Part shown: piece by piece, positions 1 through 9,822 of the stretch
How positions within the stretch are numbered: position 1 is the stretch's first letter
Layout of the letters: every line of letters begins with the position of its first letter
Program-made: the position numbers and the translations under genes
Notes under the pieces: model-generated
The model's database searches: none
What the model was told of the DNA's origin: nothing
What the model saw: only the letters and a program-made list of their open reading frames with translations
Assembly: GCA_963773645.1 (NCBI GenBank)
Contig: CAVZBV010000002.1
Coordinates: forward strand, 1,242,600-1,282,599
Reading direction: 5' to 3'
Length of the DNA stretch: 40,000 nucleotides
Source: an uncultured Acidobacteriaceae bacterium
GTDB taxonomy: Bacteria; Acidobacteriota; Terriglobia; Terriglobales; Acidobacteriaceae

Positions 1-513
1 AAGGAGGCTTCGGCGGAGTGGAACGAGATTACCGATCAATCCGGGCAGGCCATGCAAGAGATCTTGAACCTGGTGAAGCAGACGAACGAGGTGATGAAGA
101 CCTTCTCCGAAGGCAGCAACGAGAGGTTGCGGGAGGCGCAAACGCAAAACCGGGATTGCCTGGAACACCTACGAACCGCCGCCGCGTCCGCCGCCAAGCA
201 GGCCCAGGATATGAAGGTTGCCACCGAGAAAATGCAGGCGAAGAGCGCGGAGGCGGGCAGCAGCGGCGATGTTTTCGATACTTGCTTTGGCCGTATCGAC
301 GCGGTGCTCACTTCCATCGAAGAGCTGATGCGCCAGTTGGAGATCGATTACCCGGCGGTGAAGGAAGGCTCGGATCGAGCCGAAGTCGAACAGTTATTTT
401 CGGAGTTGTATACGACCGAGATGGAGCGGGCCGTTCTGCATGCGGCGCTCGGGGGGAAACCCGTGCCCGCGGCGCAACCAACATTCGCCGGGAACAGTGT
501 GGAACTGTTTTGA
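1..513 (+). CDS. C-terminal part of a coiled-coil protein of unknown function (5' end outside window), possibly signalling-associated
   Basis: Frame 1 is open from base 1 (KEASAEWNEITDQSGQAMQEIL...) to the stop at 511-513, so the ATG at 52 is probably internal. Ala/Glu/Gln-rich helical sequence ending ...YTTEMERAVLHAALGG...NSVELF. Lies directly upstream of a hybrid kinase. No catalytic motif recognised. Confidence 0.55.
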   Translation, partial: KEASAEWNEITDQSGQAMQEILNLVKQTNEVMKTFSEGSNERLREAQTQNRDCLEHLRTAAASAAKQAQDMKVATEKMQAKSAEAGSSGDVFDTCFGRIDAVLTSIEELMRQLEIDYPAVKEGSDRAEVEQLFSELYTTEMERAVLHAALGGKPVPAAQPTFAGNSVELF

Positions 514-666
514 ATGGGAAGGGCTCGGAGAGCGATGGCACTCGCATAACTGCGGGGATGAGGACTGATGAGGACTAACGCGCAGACATATCTCAACTGC
601 GAACGATTCAGCCCGCATTCGGGAGATAGTCGGCTGGGGCCGGAATGAGGGCAGGCAGGTACTCCG

Positions 667-3600
667 ATGGACGGCACTAAAGAACTCGCGGCTGCGAATC
701 GCCGATTGCAGGACCGGCCTTGCGACCGGGCCGGGCTAGTAGTCAACAATGGCAGCCTGGACCTGCTCGCGACCGCGATTGGGCAAATCCGCGAAGCCAT
801 CGTGATTACCGATACCTCAGGCACGATTCAGTACGTCAACCCAGCCTTCACCAGGATGACCCTGTACGGCGCGGAAGAAGTCGTTGGCCAAAACACGCGG
901 TTACTGAAGTCCGATCGCCAGGACGCTGCCTATTACCGGGAACTTTGGAAGACGATTCTTGCGGGCGAGATCTGGCACGGCGAGCTTATCAATCGGCGCA
1001 AGGACGGGACTCACTATACGGCAGAAATGTCGATTACTCCGGTTCGCGACCCCGGCGGCGCCATCACCAACTTTATTGCCATCAAGCAGGACGTGACGGG
1101 ACATCGCGCCACTGAAGCCGCGTTGCAGAGCAGCGAGAAGAGTTTGGCGGAAGTACAGCGTATCGCCCCGCTGGGAAGCTGGGAGTTGGATGCGCGGGCG
1201 GCGGAGTTTCGCGGCTCCGCCGGTTTTTTTCGCATCTTCGATTGGATCCCCAGCGATTGCACCTCGGGCGATTGTACCCCGGCCGATTGCACCGCGGGCG
1301 CGACTGTCGTGCCGTTCCGCAAGATGATGGAGGCTATTCTCGCCGCCGATCGGGAACGGGTCGACCAAACCATAAAGAACACCCTTCAGACCCATGAACC
1401 TTTCGACGTTGATCATCGAATCGTGCGCCGAGATGGCACAATGCGTGTGGTCCGCAGCCGCGGTCAAATTGTCGCCGGTCAGGATGGCTCCGCACGCCTA
1501 GTCGGTACGACTCACGACATCACCGACCTCAGGCTGGCGCACGAGAAGCTTCGGCAGAGCGAGGAGAAATTCCGCTCTCTGGTCGCCAATATTCCCGCCG
1601 TCATCTGGAGTTCCGACGTTCACGGGCAGATCCAGTACATCAGTCCCAACGCCGAGCCGGTCTTCGGTTTTACTCCCGAGGAAATGTGTGAAAAGGGTGC
1701 TGAAATCTGGTTCGAGCGAATCCGCCCGAACGATTCCAGTCGCGTGGTGCAGGCTTTCCACCAGCTTTTTTCCGAAGGCCGGCCTTTCGATGTGGAATAC
1801 CAGGTGCAACACAAGGACGGCACGTGGACCTGGGTCCACGATCGGGCATACCGAACTTACGAAAGGGACGGGGTTCGCTGCGCGGATGGCTTCATTTCCA
1901 ACATCACCGAACGCAAGCGGGCGGAAAAGGAACTTCGGCTATCGCAATTCTCGCTGGAGCATGCCTCGGACGCTATCGAATGGGTGGACTCACAAGGGCG
2001 TATCTTCTACGCCAACGAGGCGGCCTGCCGCTCCTCGGGACGTTCCCGCGAGGAGCTGGTTTCTCTGTCGATCCCGGATATAGATCCGCTCTTCCAGAAA
2101 GAAGTGTGGGGGGCGCACTGGGAGCAACTCAAGGCGCGGGGCTCGCTGAGCTTTGAAACCCAACACCAAAGCAAACAGGGACGGGCCTTCCCGGTGGAGA
2201 TAACTGCGAACTACCTGGAGTTCGATGGGCAGGAATACAGCTTCGCCTTCGTGCGCGATATCAGCGAGCGCAAGCGGGCGGAGGAGGCGCTGCAAGAGAG
2301 CGAACGGCGCTATCGTCTCCTGTTTGGTGAAATGGTCGTGGGGTTTGCGCTGCTGGAAGTCATCTATGACGAGGATGGTAAGCCCTGCGACCACCGCTAT
2401 CTGGAACTAAACCCCGCCTTCGAAACGCACAGCGGCTTGTCCCGGGACAGAGCTCTGGGGAAAACGATTCGTGAGATTATTCCCGATATAGAGCCCTTTT
2501 GGATTGAAACGTACGGGAAGGTGGTGACGACAGGAAAATCGGTTCATTTCGAGAACTACGTGCAGGCGCTCCAGAAATGGTTCGAAGTGACCGCATTCCG
2601 CACTCGCCAAGGCCAGTTGGCCGTTACATTCGCCGATGTCACCGAGCGCAAGCGGGCCGAGGAGGAACTGTACCGGTCACGGCAGATGCTTCAGTCCATC
2701 CTGGACACCATTCCGCAACGCGTCTTTTGGAAGGACCGGAACTGCATCTACCTGGGCTGCAATCGGGCTTTTGCGACCGATGCGGGTTTGAACAATCCGG
2801 CAGAGAGTATCGGCAAAAATGATTTTGATCTCTCCTGGAGCGCGACGGCTGAACTTTATCGCGCCGATGACAAGCTGGTAATGGAAAGGGGATCTGCAAA
2901 GCTCAACTTTGACGAAACCCAGAGCAGGCCCGACGGAAGTCTGCTGTGGCTGCGGACCAACAAATTGCCCTTCCGGGACCGGGAGGGCAAGGTGACCGGC
3001 GTCATCGGAACCTTCGAGGACATCACCGAGCGAAAGCGGGCAGAGGAGGCGTTGCACGAGAGTGAACAGCGCTATCGGCTCCTGTTCGAACGCAACCTCG
3101 CCGGAGTCTTTCGCTACACCGAAGAGGGCAGGGTGGCTGATGCCAACGACGCTTACGCGCATGTCCTGGGTTATACCTCTGGCAAGGAACTCACGGGTCT
3201 TCGCAGGACAGACCTGTTTTTCGACGCCTCCGACGCGGCAGGCATCTGGGCGCGCTTGCAGGAAAAGAAAGCACTCACCGATCTGGAAGTGCGCCTGAAG
3301 CGCAAGGACGGTGACGCCGTGTGGGTCCTCGAAAACGTCAGTTGCGTTGGGGGCGAAACCGGGGCCCCGTCCTGGGTCGAGGGCACATGCATCGATATCA
3401 CCGAGCGCAAGCGGGCGGAGGAGGAAATGCGGAAGGCCAAGGAAGCCGCCGAAGCCGCCAATCGAGCGAAGAGCCAGTTCCTGGCCAATATGAGCCACGA
3501 AATCCGAACTCCGATGAATGGCGTGATCGGAGTGGCCGGTTTGCTTCTGGACACGCAACTGACGCCGGAGCAACGGCAGTATGCGGAAATCGTGCGCAGC

Positions 3601-5463
3601 AGCGGCGCGGCGCTGCTGGCAGTGATCAACGACATTCTGGATTTCGCCAAGATCGAGGCCCGTAAGTTGACGCTGGACACGGCCGACTTCGATCTGCGCA
3701 CTGTGCTGGAGGATGCTGCCGCCGTGCTGGCGATCAAGGCATCCGAAAAAGGTCTTGAACTGACCTGCGAGCTGGAGCCGGGAACTCCCTGGCTGCTGCG
3801 CGGCGATCCCGGCAGGGTCCGCCAGGTCCTGGTGAACTTACTGGGAAATGCCGTGAAGTTTACATCCCAGGGCGAGGTCGCCATCCGGGTACGAAGCGAG
3901 TCGGAGGGAGATCGCACGGCAACGCTGCGCTTCACGGTGAGCGATACCGGCATAGGCTTTCAGCAGGACCGCGCCCCCTCGCTCTTCGAGCCGTTCGTCC
4001 AAGCGGATGGATCCAGCACGCGTCGCTACGGCGGCACCGGTCTCGGACTGACCATTTCCAAGCAACTGGTCGAGATGATGGGTGGCCAAATCGGCGCCGA
4101 GAGCGACGAAGGCAGGGGCTCGAAGTTCTGGTTTACGGCTGTGTTTGAGAAGCAACCGCGACCCAGCGCGCCGGTGACCGGCGTGCAGCCCAGTCTGCTC
4201 GGCGCCAAAGTGCTGGTGGTGGATGATAGCGCCACCAACCAGTCGCTGGTACACAGCATTCTGAGCTCCTGGGGCTGCCGTCCGGAAGAGTCAGCGGATG
4301 GAGACTCTGCCGTGGCCATTCTGCGTCAGGCCGCCCAGGGTGCTGACCCTTTCCAGATTGCATTACTGGATATGAGCCTGCCTGACATGGACGGAGAGGA
4401 ACTGGGGCGGCGGATCGCGGCCGATCCTCAATTGAAACATACCGCGCTCGTTTTGATGACCGGCTTTGGCCGAAACAGCGACTTGGCACGCCTGCAAGCG
4501 CTTGGGTTCGCCGGACACGTTATCAAGCCGATTTGGGAACGCACTCTGAGAGAAGCTTTGCTTGCCTTGCGCGCGAAGGGAAACGGCGCCGTGGCCCCTG
4601 GCGAGCAAGTCGGTCAGCCCCCCAGCACAGTCCGGGCAAACCGCCAAGCGCGGATCCTGCTGGCCGAAGATAACTTGACCAACCAGGAAGTGGCGGTTGC
4701 GATGTTAAAGAAACTTGGCTATCGAGCCGATCTGGTCGCCAATGGTGCGGCGGCGCTCGAAGCGCTCCGCAAGGTCGATTACGACGTGGTCCTGATGGAC
4801 TGCGAGATGCCCGAGATGGATGGCTACGAGGCGACGAAACGCATCCGGGACCCTCGTGCAGGGACGCGCCACCCGCGCATTCCTATCATCGCCGTGACCG
4901 CCGACGCGATGACGGGAGACCGGGACAGATGCCTGCAGGCGGGAATGAGCGACTACATTGCCAAGCCGGTCGAGCTGCGGATATTGGCGGACGTCTTAGA
5001 GAAATGGCTGAACCCGCCCGCCAGCGCCGGCGAGGTGAATCCTCCGGCCGGCCAGTCGCCCGCAAACACGGAAGCTGCTTTCAACCAAACTGTTTTCAAT
5101 CAGGCTGTTTTCAATCAGGAAGATCTGCTCGCTCGTCTCATGGGCGACCGAGGCCTTGCCAGCAAGGTCATTGCCGGGTTCCTGGACGACGCCCCGCGCC
5201 AGTTGCGCACCCTGAAGAAAATGCTGGAGGAGGGCGATGCCGTCGGGGCGCGGCGGCAGGCGCATGCCCTCAAAGGAGCGGCGGCTACGATGTCGGCCGG
5301 GGCCCTGCGAGTGCTCTGTTCCGAAGCGCAGGACGCGGCGGCGGCGATGGAGTTGAGCCGCGCCTTAGCTCTGCTGCCATGCCTGCAAGAACAATTCGAA
5401 CTTCTCAAGACCACCCTGAAGCAGTCAGGATGGTGTAGCCAAGCCTCAGAAGGGGATCACTAA
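667..5463 (+). CDS. multi-PAS hybrid sensor histidine kinase (HisKA, HATPase_c, two receiver domains, C-terminal Hpt)
   Basis: 1598-aa ORF. Several PAS/PAC-like modules are separated by the recurring linker ITERKRAEE. H-box SHEIRTPMNG. ATPase boxes NAVKFT, DTGIGF, GGTGLGLTISK. Receiver signatures VLVVDDS...LLDMSLPDMDG and ILLAEDN...VLMDCEMPEMDG...AKP. Hpt motif HALKGAAATMSA near the C-terminus. Confidence 0.93.
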   Translation: MDGTKELAAANRRLQDRPCDRAGLVVNNGSLDLLATAIGQIREAIVITDTSGTIQYVNPAFTRMTLYGAEEVVGQNTRLLKSDRQDAAYYRELWKTILAGEIWHGELINRRKDGTHYTAEMSITPVRDPGGAITNFIAIKQDVTGHRATEAALQSSEKSLAEVQRIAPLGSWELDARAAEFRGSAGFFRIFDWIPSDCTSGDCTPADCTAGATVVPFRKMMEAILAADRERVDQTIKNTLQTHEPFDVDHRIVRRDGTMRVVRSRGQIVAGQDGSARLVGTTHDITDLRLAHEKLRQSEEKFRSLVANIPAVIWSSDVHGQIQYISPNAEPVFGFTPEEMCEKGAEIWFERIRPNDSSRVVQAFHQLFSEGRPFDVEYQVQHKDGTWTWVHDRAYRTYERDGVRCADGFISNITERKRAEKELRLSQFSLEHASDAIEWVDSQGRIFYANEAACRSSGRSREELVSLSIPDIDPLFQKEVWGAHWEQLKARGSLSFETQHQSKQGRAFPVEITANYLEFDGQEYSFAFVRDISERKRAEEALQESERRYRLLFGEMVVGFALLEVIYDEDGKPCDHRYLELNPAFETHSGLSRDRALGKTIREIIPDIEPFWIETYGKVVTTGKSVHFENYVQALQKWFEVTAFRTRQGQLAVTFADVTERKRAEEELYRSRQMLQSILDTIPQRVFWKDRNCIYLGCNRAFATDAGLNNPAESIGKNDFDLSWSATAELYRADDKLVMERGSAKLNFDETQSRPDGSLLWLRTNKLPFRDREGKVTGVIGTFEDITERKRAEEALHESEQRYRLLFERNLAGVFRYTEEGRVADANDAYAHVLGYTSGKELTGLRRTDLFFDASDAAGIWARLQEKKALTDLEVRLKRKDGDAVWVLENVSCVGGETGAPSWVEGTCIDITERKRAEEEMRKAKEAAEAANRAKSQFLANMSHEIRTPMNGVIGVAGLLLDTQLTPEQRQYAEIVRSSGAALLAVINDILDFAKIEARKLTLDTADFDLRTVLEDAAAVLAIKASEKGLELTCELEPGTPWLLRGDPGRVRQVLVNLLGNAVKFTSQGEVAIRVRSESEGDRTATLRFTVSDTGIGFQQDRAPSLFEPFVQADGSSTRRYGGTGLGLTISKQLVEMMGGQIGAESDEGRGSKFWFTAVFEKQPRPSAPVTGVQPSLLGAKVLVVDDSATNQSLVHSILSSWGCRPEESADGDSAVAILRQAAQGADPFQIALLDMSLPDMDGEELGRRIAADPQLKHTALVLMTGFGRNSDLARLQALGFAGHVIKPIWERTLREALLALRAKGNGAVAPGEQVGQPPSTVRANRQARILLAEDNLTNQEVAVAMLKKLGYRADLVANGAAALEALRKVDYDVVLMDCEMPEMDGYEATKRIRDPRAGTRHPRIPIIAVTADAMTGDRDRCLQAGMSDYIAKPVELRILADVLEKWLNPPASAGEVNPPAGQSPANTEAAFNQTVFNQAVFNQEDLLARLMGDRGLASKVIAGFLDDAPRQLRTLKKMLEEGDAVGARRQAHALKGAAATMSAGALRVLCSEAQDAAAAMELSRALALLPCLQEQFELLKTTLKQSGWCSQASEGDH

Positions 5464-5464
5464 T

Positions 5465-5857
5465 ATGCGCACACTTATCGTCGAAGATGACTTCACTAGC
5501 CGGCTGCTGCTGCAGTCGTTTCTCTCAAAATATGGCGAATGCCACATCGCGGTTAACGGCAAAGAGGCGCTGGCGGCGTTTCGCACCGCCCAAGAGAGCG
5601 GGCAAATGTACGACCTGATCTGCATGGATATCATGATGCCGGAAATGGATGGACAGACGGCCGTCAAGGAAATCCGCGCTCTCGAAGAAGCCGGAGGCAC
5701 GCTCTCCACGCAGGGCGTAAAGATCATCATGACCACGGCGCTGGACGATGTGAAGAACGTCGTCCAGTCGTTCAAGTCATTGTGCGATGCCTATTTGTTC
5801 AAACCAATCGATACCGGGAAGTTGCTCGCCCACCTGAGAGAGTTTTGCCTCGTGTAG
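5465..5857 (+). CDS. single-domain CheY-like response regulator
   Basis: 130 aa with LIVEDD...ICMDIMMPEMDG...MTTA...FKP receiver signature and no output domain. The ATG at 5465 is 1 nt after the kinase stop (5461-5463), suggesting co-transcription. Confidence 0.9.
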   Translation: MRTLIVEDDFTSRLLLQSFLSKYGECHIAVNGKEALAAFRTAQESGQMYDLICMDIMMPEMDGQTAVKEIRALEEAGGTLSTQGVKIIMTTALDDVKNVVQSFKSLCDAYLFKPIDTGKLLAHLREFCLV

Positions 5858-5870
5858 GGCTTCTTGCACC

Positions 5871-7316
5871 TTACTGCGCCACGCTGAAAGTCGTCCAGGC
5901 ATGCGCGTTCATGTCCCGCTGCAGATCTTTCTGCCAAGCGAACTCCGGGTGCGCGCGCACATGTTCAGCCGCCTTGAAGTCCATGCCACAGGCATGACCG
6001 GCGGCGGCACTAAAACTCATTTTTGCCGCCAGGCTCGCGTCGGCAGCCTTGTTCTGGACAGCCCCAGCCATACCGAAGGGTGGCTGCCACGGCTCATCGC
6101 CTCGCGGCGAAAGGTCGATGTGCCCGTCCAGGGTGCGTTCGTCCGCATCTTCTTTGTTCTCGTACGTGTCGTAATGGTCGGCCAGAAAGCGCTGCGCCGC
6201 CGCCAAGTCGATCTTGCCCTTATTCTCCGCCATGAGTTGTTCCCAGCGCACGTGGCGGGCGTTGGCGCTCTCGCTCATATCATGGGGGTCGAAGTCAGTC
6301 TCTTCGCGGATGAGTTTCTCGTTAATCGGGAAATTCGAGCCCACAAAATACCCGTCTTTTTTCCGCTCCAGCGTCACGTTCTTTAAGCCTAATTCCAGGC
6401 GGCCGATTTCATTCTTCCCGATATCGGCGACCAGCCAGGTATTGGCATAGCCGCCGTTATTGCCCTCCTTCATGATGCGTGCAAAATCGTCAATGGAAGC
6501 CGAGTACTGCGCCGCCTTGCGCGCCCGCACAAATTCCGGAATCGCGTCCGGGTCGTATCCGAAGAAATGGCCAATCGTGGTTTCGGTAATGACGATTCCC
6601 GCCGAGTTCACCACGAAATCGTCGGCACTGTGGATGACGCCGGGCAGCCCGTCCATGATCATGCGGCTGCCCTTGGCCGGAACAATATCGAAAATGATTG
6701 TCCAGCGCTCGCCGTCCAAGTAATTCGTCCAATTGTTGTGAGCGATCACAACCTTGCCGTCTTTCGTATAGCTGCCCGTGGCCACAAACGCGCTGCAATG
6801 CTCGGGAACCCCTAGCGAAGCCGTGGACTTGATCCCGTGCGCCCGGTCGTATTGCTTGACGTAGTACTCCCATTCCTCGGCGGCATTCAAAGCCACCACA
6901 TCCCACAGGTCGATCTTCATTCCAGACTTCACACCGTGGGCATTGACGCCATCGGCGATTCCTTGCAACTCCTCCCGGTACTCCGGCTCAATGTGTGGCC
7001 ACATCATATTTTGCGCGGCATCGCGGAAGAACTGCCAGTCTTTCTTACTCTCGTGCGTCTGTTCGAGTATTGTGACTTTTAGCATGTCTACAATCTCCGG
7101 CGCCAGCAGGTAGCCGTTCTGAAAGCCGATTTCGTGCGGTGCGCCTTGCAGATGCACGAATGTCCACCCGTTATTCTCGGATCGCCGAAAGGCACCCTTC
7201 AGCTCGGCCTCCGGTGTGCCCGCACGGGTTGAAGACGCGGATAAGATCGACCAAGCAATTCCCATCAAGAAAAGTCCGGCTAAAATTACGAACCATCGGC
7301 GCATGCGCGACTCCAA
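5871..7316 (-). CDS. secreted phospholipase B-like Ntn-hydrolase family protein
   Basis: N-terminal signal/anchor (RRWFVILAGLFLMGIAWSIL). Motifs recalled from the phospholipase B-like family: HCSAFVATG (nucleophile Cys), DGLPGVIHSADDFVVNSAGIVITETT, NNGGYANTWLVADIG. The start could also be the internal Met at 7304. Confidence 0.6.
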   Translation of the reverse strand: MESRMRRWFVILAGLFLMGIAWSILSASSTRAGTPEAELKGAFRRSENNGWTFVHLQGAPHEIGFQNGYLLAPEIVDMLKVTILEQTHESKKDWQFFRDAAQNMMWPHIEPEYREELQGIADGVNAHGVKSGMKIDLWDVVALNAAEEWEYYVKQYDRAHGIKSTASLGVPEHCSAFVATGSYTKDGKVVIAHNNWTNYLDGERWTIIFDIVPAKGSRMIMDGLPGVIHSADDFVVNSAGIVITETTIGHFFGYDPDAIPEFVRARKAAQYSASIDDFARIMKEGNNGGYANTWLVADIGKNEIGRLELGLKNVTLERKKDGYFVGSNFPINEKLIREETDFDPHDMSESANARHVRWEQLMAENKGKIDLAAAQRFLADHYDTYENKEDADERTLDGHIDLSPRGDEPWQPPFGMAGAVQNKAADASLAAKMSFSAAAGHACGMDFKAAEHVRAHPEFAWQKDLQRDMNAHAWTTFSVAQ

Positions 7317-7523
7317 GGGACTTCGAATTCAGAAAATTCTAGCAGAGTTCGACGGAAACACCGCCCGTGCTATCACCACCGAGCTTCTCGACGATGCGGC
7401 AGTGCGAGATGGTCTGGTCGATCACCGACGACGGCAACCACGATCACGCAACGTTTTACAAGTCGGTTGCGCCGCGTGTATGTTAATGATTCCGCAATTT
7501 TCCTTATCTTCACAAGTGGGTGA

Positions 7524-9542
7524 TTGATGTCCATGCATCGAACCGTTCTAGTAGCTTTCCTGGCGTTCACCACGTTTGCGCAGAGAGCAATGTCAGTCTC
7601 CAACGTACAAGCATCACCGCAGGCGGCGGAAGCAAAATCGGCACCGGAGCGGGTGGCTTCTGATACCCCGCGAGTAACGCCGGGCGGAGCGGCTTTCACG
7701 GTTCCCTCCGGTTGGTCGATCGTGACCGGCAAGAACCTGGTCATACTGGAGCCGCCCGAGGCCGATACGCACGTTGCCATTGTAGATTCCCAGGCAGCCG
7801 ATGCCAGTGCCGCGGTCGCGGCCGGCTGGGCGGCATACAAACCTGATGCGAAGCGACCGCTTAAGTTGGTTACGCCACGCCCTCCGCGCGAGGGCTGGGA
7901 TGAGCGGCTGGTTTACGACTACGAGACCTCTCCGAACGAGCGTGTTGTTGTACACGTGGTTGCGTTGCGGGCCGGCAGCACGTGGACCGTCTTCATGCTG
8001 GACGGAAATCAACCGACAATTGAGAAGCGCACTGCACCGATTTCGCTGATCTTCGAAAGCTTGCGGCCGAAGGGCTACCGCCGCGAATCTCTTGCCGGTC
8101 GTAAACCGCAACCCCTGGACGATGCACATATCGCTCAGCTCAAAACGTTCGTTGAAACCTCCATGCAAAAACTCGGTATCCCTGGCGCTGCCATGGCGCT
8201 CATTGATGGCGGCAAAATTGTGTATCAGGGTGGGTTTGGCGTGCGCGAACTGGGCAAGCCGGAGCCGGTGGACGAAAATACGTTGTTCATGGCGGCGTCC
8301 AACACAAAAGGAATGACGACGCTGCTCCTGGCAGAACTGGTCGACGAGAAAAAATTGAAGTGGGATGAACCGGTGGCCGAGGCCTACCCGAGCTTCAAAC
8401 TTGGCGATGCGGAAACTACGAAAAAGGTGCTCGTCAAGAACCTGATTTGCGCGTGCACCGGAATGCCGCGACAGGATCTGGAATGGATGTTCGAGTTCAA
8501 GAATGCAACTCCGGAATCCACTCTCGCTTTGCTCGGGACCATGCAACCGACCAGCAAGTTTGGCGAGGTCTTTCAGTACAGCAATCTGATGGCGGCTGCT
8601 GCGGGATACATTGGCGGCCATCTGGTGTATCCGAAAATGGAGCTCGGGGCGGCCTACGACAAAGCGATGCAGCAACGGATTTTCGATCCGCTGGAGATGA
8701 AATCGACGACCTTCGATTTTGCGCGCGCCCTCGCGGGCAACCATGCCAGCCCGCACGGGGACGATGTGGATGGCAAGCCCGCCGTGGCCAACATGGCCCT
8801 CGATTACTCGATCGTGCCGGCCCGTCCTGCTGGCGGCGTGTGGACCTCGGCCGGCGATCTGATCCGTTACGTGCAACTGGAGCTTGCGCAGGGGAAGCTG
8901 CCCAATGGCAAGCAACTGGTTTCGGCAGAGAATCTGCTGGCGCGCCGTGCGCCGCAGATTGCCGTCGGCGAGGACGAGACTTATGGAATGGGCTTGAGAG
9001 TAGACCGCAAATACGGAATTCCGGTTGTCAGTCACGGCGGCGGCATCGCAGGCTTCAAGAGTGACTTTTTCTTTCTGCCAGACTTCGGCATTGGCGCCGT
9101 ACTGCTCACCAATTCGGAAAATGGGGGCCTACTTGTGAATGCGTTCGGGCGTCGCTTGCTGGAAGTCGTCTTCGACGGCAAACTTGAGGCAGCCAGCGAA
9201 CTCTCGACCCAGGCGGCACGCCATAAATCGGCCCTTGCCCAAGACCGGAAACGACTCGTGGTGCCTGCTGCCCCGGCGCTGGTGGCTGGTTTGGCAAAGC
9301 GGTATTCCAGCAAGGAGCTCGGCGAGCTAGCCGTGCTGAACCATGACGGAGTGACCACGTTCGATTTCGGCGTGTGGAAAAGCGCGGTGGCATCGCGGAC
9401 GAATGACGACGGCACGACCTCGTTCATCACGATCGATCCCGCCCATAGCGGGTTCGAATTCGTGGTGGCTGACCGCGCCGGCAAGCGGGCGCTGATTATA
9501 CGCGATGGCCAGCACGAGTACATCTTTACAGAGGTTGCCTGA
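7524..9542 (+). CDS. beta-lactamase-fold serine hydrolase (class C / family VIII esterase-like) with extra N- and C-terminal domains
   Basis: Signal peptide (HRTVLVAFLAFTTFAQRAMS). S-x-x-K motif ASNTKGM, Y-x-N motif QYSNLM, HGG triad region SHGGGIAGF. 672 aa. Confidence 0.85.
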   Translation: MMSMHRTVLVAFLAFTTFAQRAMSVSNVQASPQAAEAKSAPERVASDTPRVTPGGAAFTVPSGWSIVTGKNLVILEPPEADTHVAIVDSQAADASAAVAAGWAAYKPDAKRPLKLVTPRPPREGWDERLVYDYETSPNERVVVHVVALRAGSTWTVFMLDGNQPTIEKRTAPISLIFESLRPKGYRRESLAGRKPQPLDDAHIAQLKTFVETSMQKLGIPGAAMALIDGGKIVYQGGFGVRELGKPEPVDENTLFMAASNTKGMTTLLLAELVDEKKLKWDEPVAEAYPSFKLGDAETTKKVLVKNLICACTGMPRQDLEWMFEFKNATPESTLALLGTMQPTSKFGEVFQYSNLMAAAAGYIGGHLVYPKMELGAAYDKAMQQRIFDPLEMKSTTFDFARALAGNHASPHGDDVDGKPAVANMALDYSIVPARPAGGVWTSAGDLIRYVQLELAQGKLPNGKQLVSAENLLARRAPQIAVGEDETYGMGLRVDRKYGIPVVSHGGGIAGFKSDFFFLPDFGIGAVLLTNSENGGLLVNAFGRRLLEVVFDGKLEAASELSTQAARHKSALAQDRKRLVVPAAPALVAGLAKRYSSKELGELAVLNHDGVTTFDFGVWKSAVASRTNDDGTTSFITIDPAHSGFEFVVADRAGKRALIIRDGQHEYIFTEVA

Positions 9543-9606
9543 CCGCGCCGGGCAATTCCTCGTATCTCTTGTTCGCGACTCGCGTTTCGCCACGCTCGGA
9601 CCAGGC

Positions 9607-9620
9607 CATCCTTCGTTGAC
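9607..9620 (+). repeat. direct repeat copy 1 of CATCCTTCGTTGAC (putative target-site duplication)
   Basis: Identical 14-mer at 9607, 21542 and 35964, all in the same orientation and each abutting a TIR end. One extra upstream C is shared, so 15 bp is possible. Confidence 0.8.
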
Positions 9621-9718
9621 GGGTTTGTGTATGGCGACGGCAAAAGTGCTACACCCCCCACACGGGAACTTTGGACCCTGGGGCCGGGGCCCGCGCGCTG
9701 GCGAGTGGGGCGGGCGGG
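9621..9718 (+). repeat. left terminal inverted repeat of element A (98 bp)
   Basis: GGGTTTGTGTATGGCGACGGCAAAAGTGCTACACCCCCCACACGGGAACTTTGGACCCTGGGGCCGGGGCCCGCGCGCTGGCGAGTGGGGCGGGCGGG is the exact reverse complement of 21444-21541 (compared by eye, base by base). Confidence 0.85.
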
Positions 9719-9822
9719 GAGCCTTCTATTTGCCATTTAGATGCCAACTGAAAGGACTTGTCGCCTTGCCTTTTGACACATGGCAGCGCCAAGCAGCATG
9801 ATACCGTAATCTGCAAGACTAC

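Noticed and set aside
7614-9035. Long antisense ORFs, for example 473 aa opposite the serine hydrolase; also 2677-3573, 3171-3953, 10585-11277, 34491-35195, 37084-37566 and 39191-39994
   Set aside because: They overlap ORFs on the opposite strand that carry clear domain motifs. Their own translations are Arg/Pro/Gly-rich with no motifs. Long open antisense frames are expected in high-GC DNA.
9543-9620. Search for a tRNA, tmRNA or other gene end as the integration target, also at 35964-36030
   Set aside because: I could see no T-arm (GGTTCGAATCC-like) or acceptor-stem pattern. The region appears to be plain intergenic sequence. This needs confirmation with tRNAscan-SE or Infernal.
9560-9730. 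GC-rich arms at 9.6, 21.5 and 35.9 kb interpreted as generic REP/MITE-type intergenic repeats or a structured ncRNA
   Set aside because: They pair up as perfect 98-bp and 90-bp terminal inverted repeats that bracket exactly the Cas1/PolB-containing segments. Each is flanked by the same 14-bp direct repeat, which a transposon-end model explains better. A genome-wide copy count is still needed to exclude a MITE family derived from these ends.
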